DNA of 64,000 nucleotides from Candidatus Woesearchaeota archaeon B3_Woes (GTDB lineage: Archaea; Nanobdellota; Nanobdellia; Woesearchaeales; B3-WOES). Made by a program: the position numbers and the translations under genes. Every line of letters starts with the position of its first letter. Within the stretch, counting starts at the first letter, position 1. Shown here piece by piece: positions 18,887-27,421 of this stretch. The notes beneath the pieces were generated by a model. It was not told the origin of the DNA. It saw only the letters and a program-made list of their open reading frames with translations, and did not search any database. The stretch spans positions 896,167-960,166 of the forward strand of contig NJBG01000001.1 of NCBI GenBank assembly GCA_005222965.1, written 5' to 3'.

Positions 18887-19951
18887 CTAAAATTTCAAAG
18901 GTTTGCCATCAATCTTTATCAGAGGATTCTTAAAAACCTGATCATAATGAATTATTGTCTTGTTTTTGCCGCCAAACCAATAATTAGAGCCAATAGCAAC
19001 ATGTGCAGTTCCATAAGCCTTCTCATCAACAATAGTAGCTCCAATTATTTTTGCTTTAGGATTTGTACCAATCCCAAACTCAGCCAAATATCTAATTCTT
19101 TCAGGATATTTTGCTCTATCCTCTGCCTGTTTTAGACTTTCATCTAATAATTTAGCTTCTTCATCACCTTTTATTGCAACAACTTTATTATCCTCAATTA
19201 TCAAAATAATTGGTTTTTGTATCAAAACAGCATCTTCTGTATTACGAGAACTTCCGTCGATAACAACCTTTCCATTTATATTATATGGTGCAAAATAAAC
19301 TTCTCCTGCTGGCAAATTTCCACCCATCCCGAATTTTACATACTTTCCATCAGCACTTCTAACATCAACGTTTTTCAAATCAATTGTTAAATCAGTACCA
19401 ATACGGGTAGTTACTTTCATAACTTTACCAGAAGCAATCTTATGTTTAAGCAATTTATCATCTTTCTGTACTTTTGAATAATCTACAGATAAAGCAGTTA
19501 TAACACCTTTAACCATAAAAGTATCTATTGAACTTAAACTGATAGTAGATGCAAACTTATGATTATGAGTAGTACAAAACTTCCTAAAACTTTTACCAAC
19601 ATGATCCATCATACCAATCTTTCCAGACATATTAACAATTATTGTACTGTTTATTGGCATATCAAATAATTTCTTAACAATCTTTGTTTCAGCCTTATCT
19701 AACCCTCTTTTAGGTTCTTGTAAAACAAGATCAACATCTAATTTAAGCTCTTTTGCTGCTAAATAATAAGAAGCAGTCAACAAAGGAGCAACCCTTCTTG
19801 TAGGATAACCAACATCACCAACCAACAAAACCTTTTCTTTACCAACATTCAAACATTGTTTAAGAACTTTAGCAAAATAACCTGAATATTTTTTAGCTAG
19901 GTTAAGAATATCCTCGCGTTCTAACCATTCTAGAAACTCTTTTTCTTCCAT
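18887..19951 (-). CDS. M29-family aminopeptidase (AmpS/aminopeptidase T-like)
   Basis: 354 aa. C-terminal AHVAIGSNYWFGGKNKTIIHYD resembles the M29 metal-binding region. Confidence 0.5.
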   Translation of the reverse strand: MEEKEFLEWLEREDILNLAKKYSGYFAKVLKQCLNVGKEKVLLVGDVGYPTRRVAPLLTASYYLAAKELKLDVDLVLQEPKRGLDKAETKIVKKLFDMPINSTIIVNMSGKIGMMDHVGKSFRKFCTTHNHKFASTISLSSIDTFMVKGVITALSVDYSKVQKDDKLLKHKIASGKVMKVTTRIGTDLTIDLKNVDVRSADGKYVKFGMGGNLPAGEVYFAPYNINGKVVIDGSSRNTEDAVLIQKPIILIIEDNKVVAIKGDEEAKLLDESLKQAEDRAKYPERIRYLAEFGIGTNPKAKIIGATIVDEKAYGTAHVAIGSNYWFGGKNKTIIHYDQVFKNPLIKIDGKPLKF

Positions 19952-20010
19952 AATATAATTTAAATATTATTATTATTAAACTTTTCTTTTTTTTAGAATA
20001 ATTAAATAAA

Positions 20011-20382
20011 TTATAGCTTCTTTTTGATCTTTCCTGTTAAAGAAAAATCTTTGATTTTCTTAGGTTTATGTAAAAATACATTGTATCCTTTTTCATTGTA
20101 TCGCGGAATGAGATGCCAATGTACATGACATGTTTCATCCATATATATCAAATATACTTTTTTAATTTTTAATGTTTTTATCAACACATTTCTGATATCA
20201 TCAACTTTATTCATTAAGTACTTATAATCTTTTTTTGATAATAGATGCAAATCTTTAATTGATTTTTTCCAGACAACCACAGTATGACCTTTTACAATTG
20301 GAAAGTTAGCAAGACACACATACAATTTCTTATCTTCATAGATAATGGCATCTTTAAATGGTTTAGGTAAATCAGGTTTCAT
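20011..20382 (-). CDS. HIT-family hydrolase
   Basis: HVHWHLIP histidine triad (HxHxHxx). 123 aa. Confidence 0.55.
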   Translation of the reverse strand: MKPDLPKPFKDAIIYEDKKLYVCLANFPIVKGHTVVVWKKSIKDLHLLSKKDYKYLMNKVDDIRNVLIKTLKIKKVYLIYMDETCHVHWHLIPRYNEKGYNVFLHKPKKIKDFSLTGKIKKKL

Positions 20383-20457
20383 AAATTTATTATAGAAAAG
20401 ATGTTTATAAAATTATCTATATATTAAAATTGTTCATAAATTACTTTTAAAACATAA

Positions 20458-21018
20458 TTATTCTAAACTTAAGAAATCCATTGTTGGTTTATATCCTTCT
20501 TGCAACCAATATCTTGATCTATCTAACATTATATCTGATTCATCTTTATACTGTTGTTTAACACCATCAACCAACAGACGTAGAAACTGATTAAAATTAT
20601 TAGCTACAACCATAGTCTCTCTTGAATCATGAGCTGTATTTAAAACACGTCCTTGCATAATTAGATATTCTGAATTAACATCAATCGTAATTGGATCACC
20701 ATTATCAGATGCTATCTCAACAACATCATCACAACCCTCAATCTCTTTTCCACTTTCTGGATTTGTATCATATAATAAGAGATGTTCTTCCAGTTCACTT
20801 ATACTATGAAAATATATATCTGAAATCTCAGCTCCATTTGAAAATCTTAAAAAAGCTAGATAATCATCTGATATTTCACTCCCTTTTACGGCATATTCCC
20901 TCTTAAGAGATTCTATTTCTTCTTCGCTTGCACCAGTATTAAATTTAATATCTTCTCTTTCTGTTTCAAGTTTTCGAAGCTCTGAAAAAATATCATCAAT
21001 TGAACTATTTTTTACCAT
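20458..21018 (-). CDS. hypothetical acidic protein
   Basis: 186-aa acidic ORF with no recognised motif. Confidence 0.35.
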   Translation of the reverse strand: MVKNSSIDDIFSELRKLETEREDIKFNTGASEEEIESLKREYAVKGSEISDDYLAFLRFSNGAEISDIYFHSISELEEHLLLYDTNPESGKEIEGCDDVVEIASDNGDPITIDVNSEYLIMQGRVLNTAHDSRETMVVANNFNQFLRLLVDGVKQQYKDESDIMLDRSRYWLQEGYKPTMDFLSLE

Positions 21019-21142
21019 GTTATTAAGTATAAAAAGACTAATATATAAATCTTTCGTTTTGTTATTACTTATTAGTAGATATTAAATTTATAAAAACGAA
21101 AAAACAATAAATTTAAATATCCAATAATTAATAAAGAACTAT

Positions 21143-21532
21143 ATGGGTATATTCAACATTGTCAAAAAAAAGAGGCCTTTAGAAGAAACAGAAGATTTTG
21201 AAAGAGATATTCATTCTATAGTAGACTTCTTAGCTCATGTAGGAAGAGACGTAAAAGATCTTTACGAACTAGTCGCTAAAGTAAAAAAAGCAAGAGCAAA
21301 AGAAAGATCAGAAGTTGATGGCAAAAAACAAATCAAACTGTTAGAAGAAGAAATAAAGGCATGGGACAAATTCCTTGAAATGTTTGTTATGTTTGATAGA
21401 GACATAGACATAACAGGCGAAAGAGTAAAAAAGATTTCTCAAATTCTAAAAGAAGAAGCAAAAACAATGAAAATAGACCAAGACTTACTAAAAAAAATCA
21501 ACAAAAAAAGAGAATGGGTCTTTAATTGGTAA
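21143..21532 (+). CDS. hypothetical coiled-coil protein
   Basis: 129-aa ORF, Lys/Glu-rich helical. Confidence 0.35.
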   Translation: MGIFNIVKKKRPLEETEDFERDIHSIVDFLAHVGRDVKDLYELVAKVKKARAKERSEVDGKKQIKLLEEEIKAWDKFLEMFVMFDRDIDITGERVKKISQILKEEAKTMKIDQDLLKKINKKREWVFNW

Positions 21533-21569
21533 CCAATAATCTTTTATACTTCTAAACTACTCCCTCATC

Positions 21570-23489
21570 ATGGAAACAAAAGTACCTGCACTAAAAAAAT
21601 TCCTAGAGGAAGTTAAAAGTTATAATCCAAAAGCAGACTTTAAAATAATTGAAAAAGCATTCAATCTATCAAAAAAAGCCCACAAAGGCCAAAAAAGAGC
21701 ATCAGGCAAACCCTACTTCTCTCATCCAATTGCAGTTGGAAGAACACTAATGGATCTTAATGTAGATTCTGCCACAATATGCGCATCTCTTTTACATGAT
21801 GTTATAGAAGATACAAAAATAACATATGAACAACTATCAAAAGAATTCAATAAAGAAATAGCAAATATTGTTGATGGCTTAACTCATATAGAAAAGATAA
21901 AATTTCAAAGCAGGGAAGAATATACTAATAAAAATATAAGAAAAGTTTTGCTAGCATCATCTAAAGATATTAGAATAATCTTAATCAAGTTAGCAGACAG
22001 GCTCCACAACATGCAAACCCTAAAATACATAAATCAAGGGAATCAAAAAAGGATAGCTAGAATAACTTTAGATATATTTGCACCGATTGCTGAAAAATTA
22101 GGATTATGGACTATTAAAGGAGAATTAGAAGACCTTTCATTAAAATTCCTAGAACCAAAAACATACGAATCTCTTAAAAAGAAGATTGGTGAAAAAAGAA
22201 CAAAAAGAGAACAACAAACAATAGAGATTGTTAACCTAATCCAAAAAGAACTTGAACACAACCATATAAAAGCAAAAACATTTGGAAGAGCAAAATATTT
22301 CTACAGCATCTACAAAAAGATGACGAAAAAGGATAAGAGATTTGATGAAATATTCGATTTAATTGGTATCAGAATAATTACTTCTAATGAAAGAGAGTGT
22401 TACGCAGCATTAAATTTAGTGCATAATCTATGGCCTCACAAAAAAACACAACTCAAAGATTATATAAAATACCCAAAAGACAACGGCTATCAATCAATGC
22501 ACACAACCGTCTATGGTCCTTATAATAAAGTACTGGAAATCCAGATAAGAGATCTTAAAATGCATTATGAAGCAGAAGGAGGTATTGCTGCTCATTGGAG
22601 ATATGCTGGAACAGAAAGAGACAAAGAATTTGACAGGCGTATCCAATGGTTTAAACAAGCAATAGAATGGAGAAGGTTTTCAAAAAACGCAAAAGAGTTT
22701 ATAGAAAACCTTAAAATGGATTTTTATGAAAACGAAATAATAATATTAACACCAAAAGGAGATCCTATTCCATTAAAAGAAGGCTCAACACCTTTGGATT
22801 TTGCTTACGAACTTCACACTTCAATCGGAAATCATTGTTCTGCAGCTATTGTAAATGGAAAAGCAGTTCCATTAGACTATAAATTAAAGAGCGGCCAAGT
22901 AGTTAACATAATAACCAAAGAAAAAGCCCACCCCTCTAGCTCATGGCTTAATATTGTCCAGACAAATCGTGCAAAATCCAAAATAAGAAGTTCTCTTGGA
23001 CTTACAATGAAGAGAAGCAAAATCACAATACCCTCTTTTGAAGAATCAAGCATAGCTCATAAATTACAGCTTAAAGATCCAACAATAAAAGCCAAAATAA
23101 AAATTGCAAGGTGCTGTAATCCTAGACTAAACGACCCTGTGATGGGTTACAAATACAACCACAACATAATAATTGTACACAATATAGAATGTCCTCAGAT
23201 GTCTGTTTTTGATAAAACAAAAAGAGTAAATGTTTTTTGGAAAATTAAGGAAACAGAAATAGATTCTAACACATTTAGAATAAAAGTTACTGACAGGGTT
23301 GGATTATTATCAGAAATACTTAATCTTTTCTCACAATATGGTCTTAAATTAGAATCTGTAACAACAAAAATATCCAAGAAAAGAGTTTTTTTTATAATTA
23401 AGATAAAGAAAATAAATCCAAAAACTTCAAAAGAAATCTTCACAAGACTTAAAACAATACCAAATGTCTTAGATATCTTCTTTGTCTAG
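21570..23489 (+). CDS. long RelA/SpoT homolog (HD hydrolase + (p)ppGpp synthetase + TGS + ACT)
   Basis: HD motif (SHPIAVG...LLHDVIEDT). Synthetase motifs (FGRAKYFYSIYKKM, DLIGIRIITS, YQSMHTTV). TGS region (IILTPKGDPIPLKEGSTPLDFAYELHT). C-terminal ACT-like segment. 639 aa. The last 73 bp of the gene are duplicated at 27301..27376. Confidence 0.85.
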   Translation: METKVPALKKFLEEVKSYNPKADFKIIEKAFNLSKKAHKGQKRASGKPYFSHPIAVGRTLMDLNVDSATICASLLHDVIEDTKITYEQLSKEFNKEIANIVDGLTHIEKIKFQSREEYTNKNIRKVLLASSKDIRIILIKLADRLHNMQTLKYINQGNQKRIARITLDIFAPIAEKLGLWTIKGELEDLSLKFLEPKTYESLKKKIGEKRTKREQQTIEIVNLIQKELEHNHIKAKTFGRAKYFYSIYKKMTKKDKRFDEIFDLIGIRIITSNERECYAALNLVHNLWPHKKTQLKDYIKYPKDNGYQSMHTTVYGPYNKVLEIQIRDLKMHYEAEGGIAAHWRYAGTERDKEFDRRIQWFKQAIEWRRFSKNAKEFIENLKMDFYENEIIILTPKGDPIPLKEGSTPLDFAYELHTSIGNHCSAAIVNGKAVPLDYKLKSGQVVNIITKEKAHPSSSWLNIVQTNRAKSKIRSSLGLTMKRSKITIPSFEESSIAHKLQLKDPTIKAKIKIARCCNPRLNDPVMGYKYNHNIIIVHNIECPQMSVFDKTKRVNVFWKIKETEIDSNTFRIKVTDRVGLLSEILNLFSQYGLKLESVTTKISKKRVFFIIKIKKINPKTSKEIFTRLKTIPNVLDIFFV

Positions 23490-23492
23490 TTT
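23417..23492. repeat. 76-bp direct repeat, left copy (covers the 3' end and stop codon of the RSH gene)
   Basis: tccaaaaacttcaaaagaaatcttcacaagacttaaaacaataccaaatgtcttagatatcttctttgtctagttt. Identical to 27301..27376 apart from one A/G mismatch. Confidence 0.85.
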
Positions 23493-23618
23493 TATCATTA
23501 TATTCAATAATATAACCTTTAACACATTCTTTCCCGAATAATTCTATGTAGAGATGTTGTGTTGATTTAATTTTTCATCAACTTCTTCATATTTATTCAC
23601 AACTCAGTTTTTTGCCTT

Positions 23619-24953
23619 TTAAATACTAAAGTACAAACTTGTTTTCGCTATTCCTGTTTTGATTAATGCATCGTATAGTTTCTGATGTTCTATGTCTCCT
23701 ATCTGTGTTGCTATCTCTAATGCTTTTTCGTATTTCATTTCTTCCTGAAATGCAGTCATTGCTTGTGGTAAGTATTTGTCTTCTCCGGTTATTTCTAGTG
23801 CTTGAAGAAGAAATTCACCCTTATTTCTGTCAGGTTTCGTTTGCCTTTTTTCTTTAGATACGACTACATCAACCGCTTCGATAACTTTACTTTTGTACCC
23901 ATTGCTAATTAACTTTTCAGCATCTGTTAAGAAACGCTCAGCAAGTGAGTCAGTATACTTCATAAAAATACGTTCTGACAAATGTGTTGCAGAAATTATA
24001 AGTTCATACAAGCTATTTTGTACATCATCTTTTTTCCTTTCCTCTACTGTCTGCACATCTATTTCTAACTCTAAATGCTTAAGACAGTGTATCTTATCAT
24101 AACTGCTTACATCATTGTTTACATTGTCTATTCCTTCTTGTGCTATTTTATTAGCATATTCTGGATGAATATTTTTAGCAAAGAAAATTGCCTTGGTATA
24201 AGGGTTAGTATATTGGCCGTCGTTGATTATTTCTTGTGTGTGTTTAATAACTTTTTTTTCAACCCATTTTCTGTTTGTTGGATTTGTTTTGATTCCTATT
24301 AGAGCCTCTCTCAAGTGTGCTAAATAAGACTGCCTTTTTGTTGGTTCTGCTATGAGAGATTCGTAAATTTCTTTGAATAAAGTTACTGCTTTTTTATCTG
24401 CATTTATTCTTTTGTATCCTTGTGCAACTGTGCTGAGAGAAGCTCTAAAAATTTGTCTTTCATCTTGTGCATCGATTTCGTTTGATAAAGATAAAGTGTT
24501 TGCTTTTTCTTTGATGTTTTTAACAACCTTATCAATTGTGTCTTCAGAAGTTGTCCCTCGAAGAACTTTTTCAAAATCATGATCAAACCCATTGATGACT
24601 GTGTTGGAAATGTATGTGTACATTTCTTCAGCACGTTTAGGGTCAATGTTCATTATCCGATCCGCTTCTATTTCCGCAAATGTTAAATATTCTCTTTTTG
24701 GATTCTCATCTTCAATCATAAGATCAATTATTTCTGAGAACTCAGAGTCTTGCTGGAAGCCTTGTACGTCCATAGATACAGAACTTGTTGTGTGCTTCGT
24801 TATTATTTCTCCTGCAAATGCTATCAGAAATCTTTCTCTTTCAGACATATAACCCCACCCTCCACAATCTAGGTTGTGTTGTGTGTTGTCTAATTGTGCT
24901 GTTATTTCTGCTAATGTTAATGTTTGTTCTTCTTGTGTTTGATTTGTTTCCAT
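23619..24953 (-). CDS. alpha-helical repeat protein of unknown function (island paralog A)
   Basis: 444 aa. Its N-terminal 23 aa (METNQTQEEQTLTLAEITAQLDN) and 5' leader are near-identical at the DNA level to those of 24977..26209. Confidence 0.5.
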   Translation of the reverse strand: METNQTQEEQTLTLAEITAQLDNTQHNLDCGGWGYMSERERFLIAFAGEIITKHTTSSVSMDVQGFQQDSEFSEIIDLMIEDENPKREYLTFAEIEADRIMNIDPKRAEEMYTYISNTVINGFDHDFEKVLRGTTSEDTIDKVVKNIKEKANTLSLSNEIDAQDERQIFRASLSTVAQGYKRINADKKAVTLFKEIYESLIAEPTKRQSYLAHLREALIGIKTNPTNRKWVEKKVIKHTQEIINDGQYTNPYTKAIFFAKNIHPEYANKIAQEGIDNVNNDVSSYDKIHCLKHLELEIDVQTVEERKKDDVQNSLYELIISATHLSERIFMKYTDSLAERFLTDAEKLISNGYKSKVIEAVDVVVSKEKRQTKPDRNKGEFLLQALEITGEDKYLPQAMTAFQEEMKYEKALEIATQIGDIEHQKLYDALIKTGIAKTSLYFSI

Positions 24954-24976
24954 TTTTTATTCACTTTCCATGTTTA

Positions 24977-26209
24977 TTACTCTAGCTTCAAGTACGCATC
25001 TATTGACCTGAATATCTGTTTTTGTTTTTTATTTCCAGCTTCTGTTGCAAGTATTGTTAATTCGTCATATTGACCATGTCTTTTGAAAGCGGATATTGCT
25101 TTGTCAAGGTAGTTCTCTCCTCCTAGCAATCTATGTACTTGAAGAAAACGTTCTCCTTCTTGTTCGCTAATCTCTGATTGTTTCATTTCTTCTTTATAGG
25201 TAATCGCTTCAGTGATAGCGTTTTCTGCTTCTTCAGCAAATCCTTTTTCTACTAGTTTTTCAATTGCATACCAGAAAGATAACTCTTTCGATGCATCTCC
25301 TCCCGCAGCGTATTCTTCATCTAAAAACGCGAAAGAGACATCTTCTTTAACTGTTGTCCGGTAATCATCAAGTCTTTGTTTTTCAACATGATTTTTTGTT
25401 TGCTCATCAGGTTCCATGTCAAGTATTTTGTATAGAGTGTGTTTTTCAGAATAGTTATTAGAATTTCTTATTCCTTCTTTGGCCATAGTTCTGGCAAGTT
25501 GTTGATCATATCCTTTAGCAGCATTAAACGCTTGTAAATATTCTTTATTCTCAAAATGTTCATTAGCTTTTGCTATTGCTAATATTTTCAATTTTTCGTT
25601 TGCTTTTTTCGTGCTTGTTCCATTAGCATTTAACTTTACTATTCTTAATAGATCGTCTGTTTCTTCATATAATTCGACTGCTTTTCTTGGATTGCCTAGT
25701 TTGTTATATTTGCTGGCTGCAGAACGAAGTATTTTAGTAAATTGTTCTTCCCCTAGCATTTGTTCTTTATCTCTTGCAATGCTAAGCGCTTGTTCGAGTA
25801 TTCTTTCAGATTTAGTGGACAAAATTACATTGTCTAGATAATTCAATTCTTCGCCTGTGCTTTCTGAGATTTTATCAAGCATAAACTTATACATCTCGCT
25901 TACTCGTTCAGGATTGTGTTTCTCTGACTCATATGCTTCAACGTGTGCAACTTCTAGATGGTGCCTGCTTATTCCTTTTTCATGTAGGATAAAATTTATA
26001 AGTGAACTTTTCTCATCTTCAGATAATCTTCCTCTTTTATCATGAAGATTAATTAAGAAACTTTCCTTTTCAGTTAAGTCTTCAACAGTCTGATAATGTG
26101 ACCTAAGAGTTTTTAGAGGTGCTTGAAAACCTCTTGTTTCATTATCTAGTTGTGCTACTATTTCTTTTAGTGTTAATGTTTGTTCTTCTTGTGTTTGATT
26201 TGTTTTCAT
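24977..26209 (-). CDS. alpha-helical repeat protein of unknown function (island paralog B)
   Basis: 410 aa. Shares the N-terminus MKTNQTQEEQTLTLKEIVAQLDN and the upstream ttttttattcac leader with paralog A. The C-terminal regions are only distantly similar. Confidence 0.5.
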   Translation of the reverse strand: MKTNQTQEEQTLTLKEIVAQLDNETRGFQAPLKTLRSHYQTVEDLTEKESFLINLHDKRGRLSEDEKSSLINFILHEKGISRHHLEVAHVEAYESEKHNPERVSEMYKFMLDKISESTGEELNYLDNVILSTKSERILEQALSIARDKEQMLGEEQFTKILRSAASKYNKLGNPRKAVELYEETDDLLRIVKLNANGTSTKKANEKLKILAIAKANEHFENKEYLQAFNAAKGYDQQLARTMAKEGIRNSNNYSEKHTLYKILDMEPDEQTKNHVEKQRLDDYRTTVKEDVSFAFLDEEYAAGGDASKELSFWYAIEKLVEKGFAEEAENAITEAITYKEEMKQSEISEQEGERFLQVHRLLGGENYLDKAISAFKRHGQYDELTILATEAGNKKQKQIFRSIDAYLKLE

Positions 26210-26340
26210 TTTTTATTCACCTTTTAATTTTTATTTACTTATTAGTAGTTAAAGTATTTCAACAATTATATAAAACTTTTCATTGATTTTTTTACTATTT
26301 AACCACAAAGTATATAAATACAACCAGATTAGTAGATATT

Positions 26341-27300
26341 ATGCTTATAAAACTAGATAAGAAAGATCGAAGAATACTCTACCATCTAGATTTAAACAGC
26401 AGGCAGACCTACAACCAGATAGCAAAGAAAGTAGGACTCAGTAGAGAAGTCATACAATATAGGATAAAGCAACTAGAAAAAAGAGGCGTAATCAGAGGCT
26501 ACCAGACACTAATTGATGTCACTAAGCTTGGCTATCTTAATTGCAGATTCTTCATAAAGTTCCAGAGAGATTCTCCTGAGCAGGAAAAAGAAATAATAGA
26601 GTACTACAAGCAACATCCAAATTTCTGGTGGGTTGACAGCATCGATGGATTCAGGGATCTAGGAATTGCCTGCTGGGTAAAAAACATCTACGAGTTCCAT
26701 GATATAAAAGAAGATTTAGTCAAAAGATTTGGAAACTTCATTCATGATTTTAACATGGCAATCTACTCGAAGTTTTATATCTACAAAAGAACTTATTTGC
26801 TGGATGATAAAATAGAACTTCCTCCTGTAAAAACAATGTTCTCGCAGGAAAAGGCAAAGTTTGACGATAAGGATATCGAACTCTTAAGATTAATAGCTCC
26901 AAATGCAAGAATGAGTTCAGTAGATCTTTCACAACAAACAGGAATAAGTGTTACAAACATCAACTACAGAATAAAGAAGTTGATTGAAAGGAAAATAATA
27001 GTTGAGTTCAGAGTGATAATTGATCTAAAGAAAATAGGTTATTACTGGTATAAGATAGAGTTCCAACTGGAAGACTTAAACATAAAAAAAGGATTGTTAG
27101 AATACTCTCACAAACACAAAAACATTATCTACGCGTATGAAACAATAAGCGAAAACGACATAGAAATAGAGCTTGAAGTGCAGAGTTATGAAGAGTTCAG
27201 AGAGATACTTGATGATATCAGAAAAACATTCGGCAAAGACATAAAGAAATATCATCACTTATTATGGTATAAGGAGCACAAGTTCCTGTTTATGCCATAA
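26341..27300 (+). CDS. tandem (duplicated) Lrp/AsnC-family transcriptional regulator
   Basis: Two successive HTH_AsnC-like segments (DRRILYHLDLNSRQTYNQIAKKVGLSREVIQYRIKQLEKRGVI and DIELLRLIAPNARMSSVDLSQQTGISVTNINYRIKKLIERKII). Each is followed by a RAM-like beta-alpha-beta domain. Confidence 0.7.
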   Translation: MLIKLDKKDRRILYHLDLNSRQTYNQIAKKVGLSREVIQYRIKQLEKRGVIRGYQTLIDVTKLGYLNCRFFIKFQRDSPEQEKEIIEYYKQHPNFWWVDSIDGFRDLGIACWVKNIYEFHDIKEDLVKRFGNFIHDFNMAIYSKFYIYKRTYLLDDKIELPPVKTMFSQEKAKFDDKDIELLRLIAPNARMSSVDLSQQTGISVTNINYRIKKLIERKIIVEFRVIIDLKKIGYYWYKIEFQLEDLNIKKGLLEYSHKHKNIIYAYETISENDIEIELEVQSYEEFREILDDIRKTFGKDIKKYHHLLWYKEHKFLFMP

Positions 27301-27376
27301 TCCAAAAACTTCAAAAGAAATCTTCACAAGACTTAAAGCAATACCAAATGTCTTAGATATCTTCTTTGTCTAGTTT
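27301..27376. repeat. 76-bp direct repeat, right copy (duplicated RSH 3' end)
   Basis: Single mismatch to 23417..23492. Contains an in-frame copy of the RSH C-terminal codons and stop, with no upstream gene body. Confidence 0.85.
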
Positions 27377-27421
27377 ATAAAAACATTTAAATACATTCTT
27401 CTACAGTAGTAGACTAGTAAA

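Larger units (their letters stand above)
23493..27376. mobile_element. 3.9-kb insertion/island bounded by the 76-bp direct repeat (att-like target duplication of the RSH 3' end)
   Basis: The direct repeats bracket three genes whose composition is more GC-rich than the flanks. No integrase or transposase is recognisable inside. Confidence 0.4.

Noticed and set aside
23493-27300. Reading the island as a complete integrative element
   Set aside because: No integrase, excisionase or replication gene inside. Described as an att-bounded insertion of unknown mobility rather than a defined element type.
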